The notes under the pieces: model-generated
Database searches by the model: none
Seen by the model: only the letters and a program-made list of their open reading frames with translations
What the model was told of the DNA's origin: nothing
NCBI GenBank assembly: GCA_046051725.1
Contig: JBJONS010000191.1
Coordinates: 1-40,158, forward strand
Direction of reading: 5' to 3'
Length of the DNA: 40,158 bases
Origin: Pseudomonadota bacterium
GTDB lineage: Bacteria > Myxococcota_A > UBA796 > UBA2385
Translations under genes and position numbers: made by a program
In this document: one piece after another, positions 1 through 7,370 of the stretch
How positions within the stretch are numbered: position 1 is the first letter of the stretch
How the letters are laid out: every line of letters starts with the position of its first letter

Positions 1-1
1 G

Positions 2-286
2 ATGATCGGCGCCGGGCTCGGGCAGCTCCGCGCGACCTGCGGCGACTGCCTCGCCGGGCTTGGCGAGGTGGACCGGCGCGGCATCGGCACGGCCTGGCTG
101 GGGATCCGCCTCGACCAGCGCCCCAAGCCTGCGCCTCCCCCCGCCGCCGCGCCGCCTCCGCCGGCGGCTGCGCCCGCGCCGCCCGACCCGGCGCCGCCTC
201 CTCCAGCGCCCGCCCCGGCCCCGGCGGAGCCCGCCCCACCCGCGCCCGCCTCCCCCACCGACGCATCCCCTCCGGAGGCCCCATGA
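2..286 (+). CDS. 3' end of a CDS that probably starts left of the window; C-terminal Pro/Ala-rich tail, function unknown
   Basis: Open frame from the window edge with GC3-rich codons. Its TGA stop overlaps the ATG of the next gene (ATGA at 283-286). The last ~55 residues are almost only P/A. No recognisable domain. Confidence 0.4.
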   Translation: MIGAGLGQLRATCGDCLAGLGEVDRRGIGTAWLGIRLDQRPKPAPPPAAAPPPPAAAPAPPDPAPPPPAPAPAPAEPAPPAPASPTDASPPEAP

Positions 287-1470
287 GCACCGCGCTCCTC
301 GCTCCCCTGCTCGTCGGCGCTGCCGCGGCCTCGGGCGCGTTCATCTGGCCGACCGGCGGGCTCTTCTCCGACGGCGGCGAGGGGGTCGAGGGCATCTCGG
401 CCGTCCGGGCGCTCATCGTCGAGGACGACGATGAGCACGTCATCGTGCTCCAGGTGAGCGCAGATGCGGTGGGCGGCGGGGCCGCCTGGCTGGTGCCCCT
501 GCCCGGGGCGCCGACCCGCGCGCCGGCCTCGATCGACCCGGCGGGCCTCGAGCCCCTGCTGCGGGCGACCGACCCGCTGTTCCCGATGGACCCCGGCTGC
601 GGGGGCTGCAAAGGCGGCTGCGACCAGACCCGCACCTTCGACAGCGGCGCGCTGGTCGATGTCCGCAGCTTCGGCGCCCAGACCGCGGCCGGCAACCGGG
701 CCTGGTTCGGCCCCGAGCACACCGCAGCGATGATCGACGAGCTGCGCTGGAACGGCATGACCGTCGACCCCGCGCTCGAGGCCGCGCTGCTGGACTACAG
801 CGCGCAGGGCTGGGGCACCCTGGTCGTCCAGCTGGACGGCAGCGGCTGGGACAGCACCGCCACCCCGATGGTCGCGGTCCGGGTCGCCGGCGGAACGCCC
901 ATGCTCCCGATGCTGTTGACCGCCCGCACGGCCGCCGAGACCGTCCACGCGCTGGTCGTGACCGCGGGCCCCTCCCCGACCCGGCCCGAGGGCGCCCAGA
1001 CCACCACCCCGACGCTGGGCGAGGCCCTGTACACCCTCGAGTGGACCCCGGTCTTCTACGAGGCGCGGGTCAAGGTGGCCATCGAAGAGGCCGGCGGCGC
1101 GGCCTGGGTGCTCGAGTACAGCGGCGACGGCGCCGCCCTCATTGAGCGCCAGGGCGGCCGCGGCGACGAGGGCCTGGTGCTCTTCGGCGCCGACACCGCC
1201 GAGGTGGCCGAGGCGCCCTTCGCCATCCTCGACGACCTCGCCCTGCGCGGCCTGCTGCCCGACGACCTCGATCCGGCCACGCTGCACTACACCCGCTGGC
1301 GCAGCTACCTGCCCGTCTCGGCCCTCACCGACCAGCGCTTCGGCGGCGCCCCGGGCCTCGAGGACTACGAGGTCACCTTCTCGAACGATGACTACAACGG
1401 CAGGCTGCAGCTCGTCTGGCCGGCCCTGGTGGGCATCGCCGCCCTGCGCCGCCGCCGCCGCCGGGCCTGA
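283..1470 (+). CDS. Hypothetical exported or membrane-anchored protein (395 aa); possibly DUF2330-like
   Basis: N-terminal hydrophobic signal-like segment (LLAPLLVGAAAASGAF). Cys cluster DPGCGGCKGGCDQ. C-terminal hydrophobic segment followed by poly-Arg (LVWPALVGIAALRRRRRRA). GC3-rich codon usage. The DUF2330 resemblance is from memory only. Confidence 0.6.
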   Translation: MSTALLAPLLVGAAAASGAFIWPTGGLFSDGGEGVEGISAVRALIVEDDDEHVIVLQVSADAVGGGAAWLVPLPGAPTRAPASIDPAGLEPLLRATDPLFPMDPGCGGCKGGCDQTRTFDSGALVDVRSFGAQTAAGNRAWFGPEHTAAMIDELRWNGMTVDPALEAALLDYSAQGWGTLVVQLDGSGWDSTATPMVAVRVAGGTPMLPMLLTARTAAETVHALVVTAGPSPTRPEGAQTTTPTLGEALYTLEWTPVFYEARVKVAIEEAGGAAWVLEYSGDGAALIERQGGRGDEGLVLFGADTAEVAEAPFAILDDLALRGLLPDDLDPATLHYTRWRSYLPVSALTDQRFGGAPGLEDYEVTFSNDDYNGRLQLVWPALVGIAALRRRRRRA

Positions 1471-1507
1471 CCCCCCCGACAGAGCCGGGGTCGGGGCCGC
1501 GCCGCCC

Positions 1508-1532
1508 GCCGGCCGGGTCCAGGCCGGCCGGC
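1508..1532. terminator. GC-rich hairpin between convergent genes; candidate bidirectional terminator
   Basis: GCCGGCCGG (1508-1516) pairs perfectly with CCGGCCGGC (1524-1532) around a 7-nt loop. It lies 38 nt after the stop at 1470 and 5 nt from the stop of the minus-strand gene (1537). There is no clear U-tract. Confidence 0.35.
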
Positions 1533-1536
1533 TGCT

Positions 1537-3120
1537 TCACATCACCTTCTTCCACACCGCGCTCAGACCGCCGCTGTTGTAGGTCGAGAGCAGGTTGGTC
1601 GCGGTGTTGCCCCACTTGGGGTGGTACTCGAAGTGCGGAAAGTCCCAGCCCGCGTCGCCCATCCACCGGGTGAAGCCGGCCGCCTTGCCCGCCTTGCCGA
1701 GCGACTGCCAGTGTTTGCTCGGCGCGTCCCAGCTCGGGCCCGAGTGGCTGCGGTTCCAGAACACGATGTCGACGGCGAGGCCGTAGTTGTGCCAAGACCC
1801 GCCACCCTTGACGTAGGTGACGACCGACCCGGGCTTGGTGCGACCCTTGGCGTAGAGCGCGTTCTGCGTCTCCATCGTGCGGTGGCCTTCGAAGAGGTAG
1901 GGCGAGAGGCCCTGGCCCTGCAGGGTCTGCAGCGTCTTCGCCGCCATCTTCCGGACGGTCGGGTTGACCTTGGCGCTGTTGAGGATGCCCTTGGGGTCGG
2001 CGTCGTCGACGTCGAGCTCGGCGGAGGTGGGCGCCGAGGGGTCGCCACCGCCGTCGCTGTCCTCACCGCCGCCTGTGGCCGGCGCGGCCTTGGCGGGCAC
2101 GGCCTTGGCGGTCTCTCCCGACAGCGCCGCGGCGGTGGTCGGGCCGACGATGCCATCGACCGCGAAGCCGTTGGCGCGCTGGAAGGCCTTGACCGCCTTG
2201 TCGGTGGCCGCGCCGAACTCACCGTCGAGGCCGAGGCTGGCGCCGTAGCGGTTCAGCCGCCGCTGCAGCTGCTTGACGATGACGCCCTCGCTGCCGATCC
2301 GGATCGGCGGCCGGCCGGTCAGCGCGGTGCTCTCGACCCGGTCGCCCGCGCCCGCGCCCCCGGTGCCCACCGGCGCCGCGCCCGCGCCCGCGTTGAGGGC
2401 CGCGAGGGTCCGCGGCCCGACCACGCCGTCGACCCCCAGCTTGCGGCTGGCTTGGAAGGCCGAGACCGCTGCCTCGGTGCGGGGCCCGAAGATCCCCGGC
2501 CCGGTGTCGAAGTCGCGCCGCGACAAGAAGCCGAGGGCCAGCAGCCGCTCTTGCACGTGCCGCACCTCGGGCCCCTCGGACCCGCGCTTGAGCTCGGCCG
2601 CCCCGGTGCGCTTGAGGCGCGTGGGCTGGCCGGCGTCGGCGTGCCCGAGCGCGACGTGGGCCAGCTCGTGGGCGAGCAGGTGCTCTGCGCTGGCCTGCCC
2701 CGGGCGCCACGCGGCGCTGGAGAGGTGGGCCTCGCCGTCCTCGGCGAAGCCGGCCGCGCCGAGCTGCTGGGCGCGCCGGTCGGCCTCTCCGCCCACCGCC
2801 ACGCGCACCCCGCTCACGTCGGCGCCGATGACGTCGTCAAACGCGGCGATCAGCGCGGCGCTCACCAGCCCGCCGCCCGCGCCCGTCGCCGGGGCCTCGG
2901 CGCCCGCGCCATCGCCCCGGGCCTGGGCGGCGCGGCGCACCACTTGGTCGGCCACCGCGTCGGCCTTGGCCTCGGCCGGGTCTTCGGCGCGCCCGACCTT
3001 CCCGGCCCGCGCCGCGTTGCCGCGCCCGGCCGGCTGCTGGGACGCGCCTTGGGCTGCACCGGGGGCTGCCCCCTGCTGCGAACCACCGCCCTGGGGGGCC
3101 TTCTGCTGCGCCTTGACCAT
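1537..3120 (-). CDS. Multidomain cell-wall hydrolase: DUF4157 (HExxH) domain + two PG_binding_1 repeats + C-terminal peptidase M15 (VanY / L-Ala-D-Glu endolysin-like) domain
   Basis: DUF4157-type block: IGADVSGVRVAVGGEADRRAQQLGAAGFAEDGEAHL...LLAHELAHVALG. Two peptidoglycan-binding repeats: VQERLLALGF...FGPRTEAAVSAFQ...GVDGVVGPRTLAAL and LQRRLNRYGASLGLDGEFGAATDKAVKAFQRANGFAVDGIVGPTTAAAL. M15 zinc-ligand pattern: EGHRTMETQNALYAKGRT...SWHNYGLAVD...WDFPHFEY. The N-terminus is Gly/Gln/Ala-rich with no signal peptide. Confidence 0.85.
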   Translation of the reverse strand: MVKAQQKAPQGGGSQQGAAPGAAQGASQQPAGRGNAARAGKVGRAEDPAEAKADAVADQVVRRAAQARGDGAGAEAPATGAGGGLVSAALIAAFDDVIGADVSGVRVAVGGEADRRAQQLGAAGFAEDGEAHLSSAAWRPGQASAEHLLAHELAHVALGHADAGQPTRLKRTGAAELKRGSEGPEVRHVQERLLALGFLSRRDFDTGPGIFGPRTEAAVSAFQASRKLGVDGVVGPRTLAALNAGAGAAPVGTGGAGAGDRVESTALTGRPPIRIGSEGVIVKQLQRRLNRYGASLGLDGEFGAATDKAVKAFQRANGFAVDGIVGPTTAAALSGETAKAVPAKAAPATGGGEDSDGGGDPSAPTSAELDVDDADPKGILNSAKVNPTVRKMAAKTLQTLQGQGLSPYLFEGHRTMETQNALYAKGRTKPGSVVTYVKGGGSWHNYGLAVDIVFWNRSHSGPSWDAPSKHWQSLGKAGKAAGFTRWMGDAGWDFPHFEYHPKWGNTATNLLSTYNSGGLSAVWKKVM

Positions 3121-3313
3121 GTGCTGCTCCGGGGGACCCGGTCGCTGGGGGCGTGGGCGACCGCGCCCTCATCCTCCCGCAGGCGGGGCCCCGGCGTCAA
3201 CGCGGACCGGCCCGGGGGGCCCCGCGGGGACACCGCCGGGTCATCGACCCGCGCCCCGCCGACACCCGCCTGCGCACCTGCCGGCCCGCGGTTAGCCCGC
3301 CTGCGAGGTGGCC

Positions 3314-3961
3314 ATGCCGGACCAAAACACTCCCCTGCTGCTCATCCTCAACGGCTCGCTGCGCGGCGCCGACGGCAACACCGGCTGGCTCTGCGCCGAG
3401 GCCGCCCGCCAGCTCGAGGGCCGGGCCGCCGTCGAGGTCCTCGCCGTGGCCGAGGGCGGGTTCAGCCTCGAGGCGCTCGAGGCCGCCCTGACCCGGGCCG
3501 ACGCGCTGCTGCTGGCGACGGGGACCTACTGGCACTCGTGGGGCTCGCCGATGCAGCGCCTCATCGAGGTGCTCACGCCGCTCGAGAACCTGCCCGCCCT
3601 GTTCGGCAAGCCGGTCGGCGCGCTCGTGACCATGGACAGCGTCGGCGGCGCCGAGCTCAGCGCGCGCCTGCTCAGCGTCTTCGGCCAGCTCGGCTGCCTC
3701 GTGCCCCCCTGCACCAGCCTCGTGCTCAGCCGCCTCGCGGTGGCCGCCACCCAAAACGGCGCCCAGGACCCCCACGACGACGACATCTGGCAGCTCGGCG
3801 ATCTGCCGGTGGTGCTCGACAACCTGCTCGCCTCCGCAGAGGGCCGGCCCTACCGCCCCTGGCCGGCGCGCAGCTTCGTGCGCCTGCGCGGGCCGTTCCC
3901 CGCGGCGGGCCCGCTCGAGCTCGGCGCGCCCCGCTTCCTGCCGCCCCCGGGGGTCAGGTGA
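3314..3961 (+). CDS. NAD(P)H-dependent FMN reductase-like flavoprotein (flavodoxin fold)
   Basis: LLLILNGSLRGADGNT... / ADALLLATGTYWHSWGSPMQRLIEVL / GKPVGALVTMDSVGG fits the FMN_red pattern (GS-loop, xPxY-type middle motif, GKP...sGG). GAGG lies 5 nt before the ATG at 3314. An in-frame GTG at 3308 is an alternative start. Confidence 0.7.
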   Translation: MPDQNTPLLLILNGSLRGADGNTGWLCAEAARQLEGRAAVEVLAVAEGGFSLEALEAALTRADALLLATGTYWHSWGSPMQRLIEVLTPLENLPALFGKPVGALVTMDSVGGAELSARLLSVFGQLGCLVPPCTSLVLSRLAVAATQNGAQDPHDDDIWQLGDLPVVLDNLLASAEGRPYRPWPARSFVRLRGPFPAAGPLELGAPRFLPPPGVR

Positions 3962-4578
3962 CGGGCGCCCCAAGCGCGGACGGCCCCCACCTGCGGACGC
4001 CGCGCCTGCTGCTGCGGCCGCCGACACCACACGACCTGCCCGCGCTCTGCGTACTGAACGCCGACCCCGCGGTCATGCGGTACTTCCCCGCCCCGATGCA
4101 GCCCGACGAGGTCGAGGCGATGCGCCAGCGCATCGAGGACCACTTCCGCCGCTGCGGCTTTGGGTTCTGGGCGGTCGAGCGCACCGCCGACGCCGCGCTG
4201 ATCGGCCTCATCGGCCTCGCCGAGGTCCACTTCGCGCTGCGTGGCCGCCCTTGGCCCCCGCCCGAGGGCGCGCGCCCAGCCGTCGAGATCGGCTGGCGGC
4301 TCATCCCCAGCGCCTGGGGGCAGGGCTACGCCAGTGAGGCCGCCGCCGAGGCGCTGCGCTTCGGCTTCGAGGCGCTCGACCTCGACGAGCTGTTCAGCTT
4401 CACCGTGCCGATGAACACGCGCAGCTGGGGCTTGATGGAGCGGCTCGGCCTCCGCCGCGATCCCGGGGGCGACTTCGACCACCCGCGGCTCCCCGTCGGC
4501 CACCCGCTGCGCCCGCACGTGCTGTACCGCCTCGGCCGGGCGGACTGGACAGCCCGGGCGGGCGCTGCGCGCACCTGA
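3958..4578 (+). CDS. GNAT family N-acetyltransferase (RimJ/RimL-like)
   Basis: Only the last 206 codons of the 985-aa ORF 1621..4578 look real. LRTPRLLLRPPTPHDLPALCVLNADPAVMRYF and EIGWRLIPSAWGQGYASEAAAEALRFGFEALDLDELFSFTVPMNTRSWGLMERLG are classic RimJ-type GNAT motifs. The GTG start overlaps the upstream stop (GTGA). Confidence 0.85.
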   Translation: MTGAPSADGPHLRTPRLLLRPPTPHDLPALCVLNADPAVMRYFPAPMQPDEVEAMRQRIEDHFRRCGFGFWAVERTADAALIGLIGLAEVHFALRGRPWPPPEGARPAVEIGWRLIPSAWGQGYASEAAAEALRFGFEALDLDELFSFTVPMNTRSWGLMERLGLRRDPGGDFDHPRLPVGHPLRPHVLYRLGRADWTARAGAART

Positions 4579-4697
4579 GGGCGCTGCGTCCCGGATCCGA
4601 AACCTGAGTCGTATAACACCCTTGTTTGAGCATGTTGCACCATCAACGCCGTGGACGCGCAGCGCCCCGGCCCTGGCCGTGCACCGCCGAGGTCCCC

Positions 4698-5246
4698 ATG
4701 CCGCTCCGCGCCGCCGCTCTCCCCCTCCTGCTGCTCGGCGTCACCGGCTGCAGCCGGCTCCTGACCATCGAGGTCGAGGGCGAGTCCACGGCGACCATCG
4801 ACGGGGGCACCATCCTCGAGCAGCTGGTGGGCGACCTGGGCTTCTCCAGCTTCTTGTCGATGGACATCACCGAAGAAGAGGAGCTGCAGAATCAAGGCGT
4901 CGAGCCCGGCGATCTGGTGCGCGTCGAGCTCACCGCCCTGACCCTTGAGGTCGTCGAGGGCGACCCAGACCTGCGCTTCATCGACAGCCTCCTCGTCTCG
5001 GCCGAGGCGCCCGCGCTCCCGACCATCGCCGTGGCGGGCGCCGACGACTTCCCCGAAGGCGAGGCGCTGGTCGCTCTTGACGTGATTGGCGTCGATCTCG
5101 TCGACTACGCCACCTCGACCCAGATGACGCTGCGCACCGACGCCGAGGCCCGGCGGCCCGATCAGACCAGCCGCCTGGTCGCCCGCTACACCCGCGAGGT
5201 CGAGGCCACCGTCCGCGGGGCGGCCAAACAAGCAACGGGCGACTGA
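4698..5246 (+). CDS. Lipoprotein, function unknown
   Basis: MPLRAAALPLLLLGVTGC has a canonical lipobox (L-G-V-T-G-C). The mature part is acidic. The ORF-track start at 4626 adds 24 non-signal residues, so I prefer the internal ATG at 4698. Confidence 0.65.
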   Translation: MPLRAAALPLLLLGVTGCSRLLTIEVEGESTATIDGGTILEQLVGDLGFSSFLSMDITEEEELQNQGVEPGDLVRVELTALTLEVVEGDPDLRFIDSLLVSAEAPALPTIAVAGADDFPEGEALVALDVIGVDLVDYATSTQMTLRTDAEARRPDQTSRLVARYTREVEATVRGAAKQATGD

Positions 5247-5257
5247 GCCCCGCGCCC

Positions 5258-5295
5258 GACCTGCAGAACCTGCAGCCGACCTGCACCATCTGCAG
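5258..5295. repeat. Four tandem 9-bp repeats built on the CTGCAG palindrome; candidate activator-binding (UAS) array
   Basis: GACCTGCAG|AACCTGCAG|cc|GACCTGCAC|CATCTGCAG read directly at 5258-5295. The block lies 12 nt after the stop at 5246 and about 100-135 bp upstream of the sigma-54-like element at 5394. Confidence 0.5.
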
Positions 5296-5393
5296 GCCGC
5301 GCCGCCGCGCCGGGGCCGCGGTCAAGACGGCCGGGACGCTGAGAGTGATGTCCATGCGGTCGATGTCGCCGCGCGAGGGCCCGGGCCCCCCGC

Positions 5394-5409
5394 TGGCACG
5401 GCGCATGCT
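5394..5409 (+). promoter_or_regulatory. Candidate sigma-54 (-24/-12) promoter for the YHYH/kinase/NtrC operon
   Basis: TGGCAC-GGCGC-ATGCT compared with consensus TGGCAC-N5-TTGCW. The GG and GC dinucleotides have the correct 10-nt separation, with one mismatch in the -12 box. It ends about 52 nt upstream of the ATG at 5461. The operon encodes a GAFTGA sigma-54 activator. Confidence 0.4.
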
Positions 5410-5460
5410 GAGGCGCGCTCCACGGGCGCCCTGCCCGCCACCTCCCGAGGAGCCCGCCCG

Positions 5461-6534
5461 ATGTCCCTCCGCCGCCCGACCGCCCTGCCCGCCGCCGCCC
5501 CCGCGCGGCGCGCTCCCCTGTGGCTGCTCAGCGCCGCGCTCACCGCCTGCGGCGCGGGCAGCGCGAAGGTCGCCGACAGCGGCGGTTCGACCGACGACGG
5601 CGCCGCAGCCGACGGCGGAGACGACGGCGCCAGCGCCGACTGCCCCGAGGCCGACGCCTTCCCCACCCTCACCGCCGACCCAGCGAACAGCGCCTACCCC
5701 GACCCCGAGCTGCGCGTGCGCTGCGAGGACGACCTGCTCATCGTCGAGAGCAACGGCATCCCCGCCTACGCGTACGTCGACATGACGCCGAACGGCCTCG
5801 AGGCGCAGGCCCACGCCTGGTCGATAACCCGCAGCCCGGCCGTGGCCGCCGCCCCCACCGAGATCCCGCTGCTCGGCACCGCCGCCTTCGCGCTGAACGG
5901 CATGCCCATCTACGGCCCCAACGAGGCCCAGGTCCCCGACCCCTACGGTGACCCCATCTACAATGAGCTGGTCGACACCTGCCTCGGCCACACCGGCGCC
6001 GCCGCCGACTACCACTACCACGCCCTGCTCGTCGCCTGCGTGCTGATGGGCCTCGACGTCAGCGCCGACGCGCCCGACCCGATCATCGGCTACGCGCTGG
6101 ACGGCTTCCCGATCTATGGCCCCCGGGGCTGCCTCGACGCCGACTGCGCCACCCCGGTGACCTTCCAGAGCGGGTGGGTGCAGACCGGCGACCCGAGCAC
6201 CTACGCCTGGGACAACCACACCTACGTCGGCGACAGCGCCGACCCGACCGTGCTCGACGCCTGCAACGGGCGGATCGGGCCCGACGGCACCTACCGCTAC
6301 CACGCCACCGCGACCTTCCCCTACATCCTCGGCTGCTATGCCGGGACCCCTTCGGCGGACGCGGCTGGGGCCGGTGATGGGGGCGCGGACGGGGGCACCG
6401 GCGGCGGCGCGGACGGCGGCGCGGGCGACCCGCCCGACTGCAGCGAGGTCGAGGCGGGCCGCCCCTGCTGCGGAGACGGCATCTGCGATGGCCCCGAGAC
6501 CGCCGACAACTGCGCGGCGGACTGCGCGGGATGA
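5461..6534 (+). CDS. YHYH-domain lipoprotein with C-terminal Cys-rich repeat
   Basis: Lipobox LSAALTAC. Two YHYH-family signatures: GHTGAAADYHYHALL and DGTYRYHATATFPYILGCY. The C-terminus CCGDGICDGPETADNCAADCAG matches the myxobacterial Cys-rich repeat pattern. Confidence 0.8.
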   Translation: MSLRRPTALPAAAPARRAPLWLLSAALTACGAGSAKVADSGGSTDDGAAADGGDDGASADCPEADAFPTLTADPANSAYPDPELRVRCEDDLLIVESNGIPAYAYVDMTPNGLEAQAHAWSITRSPAVAAAPTEIPLLGTAAFALNGMPIYGPNEAQVPDPYGDPIYNELVDTCLGHTGAAADYHYHALLVACVLMGLDVSADAPDPIIGYALDGFPIYGPRGCLDADCATPVTFQSGWVQTGDPSTYAWDNHTYVGDSADPTVLDACNGRIGPDGTYRYHATATFPYILGCYAGTPSADAAGAGDGGADGGTGGGADGGAGDPPDCSEVEAGRPCCGDGICDGPETADNCAADCAG

Positions 6535-7370
6535 GGTCCGCGGCGCGCATCGCCCAGGCGCTGACCGCGGCCGTGGCGGCGGGCTGCGGCGCGCCCGCGA
6601 CGGTAGCGCACGGACGGGGCGCGTCCATCGACACTGGCGCCGAGGACAGCGCCGGACAGGTCGCCTCCGACGCGCTCGCCCTCTCTCTCACCGGCGTCAC
6701 CTACACGCTGGACTGGGCGCTGGGCAGGGCGACCGTCACCGACGCCGGGGTGACCTGGACGACGGCCGCGGGTGACCAGATCCGCCTGCGCGAGGGCTAC
6801 CTCGTCACCTCGACCGCGACCCTGGTCCCCTGCGCCGAGCTGAGCGCCGCCCGCACAGCACCGCCGGGCCACGGCACCTTCGACGACCCGAGCTCCAGCG
6901 TGATCGCCCTCGCTGAGCCGCTGCACGCGCCGGTGACCGCCGAGCTGGCGCGGTTCACGTTTGACGAGACCGCGTACTGCCGCGCGCACCTGATGCTGTC
7001 CCCCGACCTCAACGGCGGGGGGCGCATGCCCGAGGACGTCGCCGCGATCGGCTGGAGCCTGCGCCTCTCTGCCGACTACACCACCGCGGCCGGCGCCGAG
7101 GGCCAGCTCGAGGTCTCCACTGCAGCGGCCTGGGGCGAGCTCTGGTCGCTGGGCGCGCTGGACGGGGCCGCCGCGCTGGCCGCCGCGCCCGCCGGACCGG
7201 TCGAGCTGGTGCTGACCCGCCGGCTCGACACGCTCTTCGACGGGCTGGCCGCCGAGGGCGCCGATCTCGACGCGCTGGCCGCCGACGGCGGCGCCACCCT
7301 GGGCGGCCCGCTGCTCGCACAGCTCATCGCCGACACCACCGCGCGCCTCCGCCCGGGGCCCGCCCTGTGA
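6531..7370 (+). CDS. Lipoprotein, function unknown
   Basis: ATGA overlap with the upstream gene. Lipobox LTAAVAAGC. GC3-rich codons. No recognised domain. Confidence 0.65.
   Translation: MRSAARIAQALTAAVAAGCGAPATVAHGRGASIDTGAEDSAGQVASDALALSLTGVTYTLDWALGRATVTDAGVTWTTAAGDQIRLREGYLVTSTATLVPCAELSAARTAPPGHGTFDDPSSSVIALAEPLHAPVTAELARFTFDETAYCRAHLMLSPDLNGGGRMPEDVAAIGWSLRLSADYTTAAGAEGQLEVSTAAAWGELWSLGALDGAAALAAAPAGPVELVLTRRLDTLFDGLAAEGADLDALAADGGATLGGPLLAQLIADTTARLRPGPAL

Noticed and set aside
1621-3957. N-terminal ~780 codons of the 985-aa plus-strand ORF 1621..4578
   Set aside because: This part is antisense to the DUF4157/M15 gene and out of frame with the FMN-reductase-like gene. It is Arg/Gly/Pro/Ala-rich. 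Only the last 206 codons (3958..4578) carry GNAT motifs and have a coupled GTG start.
4624-4639. TTGCA motif in the lower-GC spacer before the lipoprotein gene at 4698, as a sigma-54 -12 box
   Set aside because: The position where the -24 box should be reads TGTTTG and lacks the essential GG. The region (which contains TATAAC at about 4612) may be an ordinary promoter, but I cannot define -35 and -10 boxes with confidence.
5258-5295. The CTGCAG 9-mer array and the 9-nt D-G-X repeats (39583..39654) as possible CRISPR arrays
   Set aside because: The units are 9 nt long and directly abutting, with no spacers of 25-40 nt. One array lies inside a coding frame. No cas genes are present in the window.
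4978-6303. 441-aa minus-strand ORF opposite the YHYH lipoprotein gene
   Set aside because: Shadow ORF with a Gly/Val/Ala/Arg-rich translation. The plus-strand frame has a lipobox, YHYH motifs and a Cys-rich repeat.
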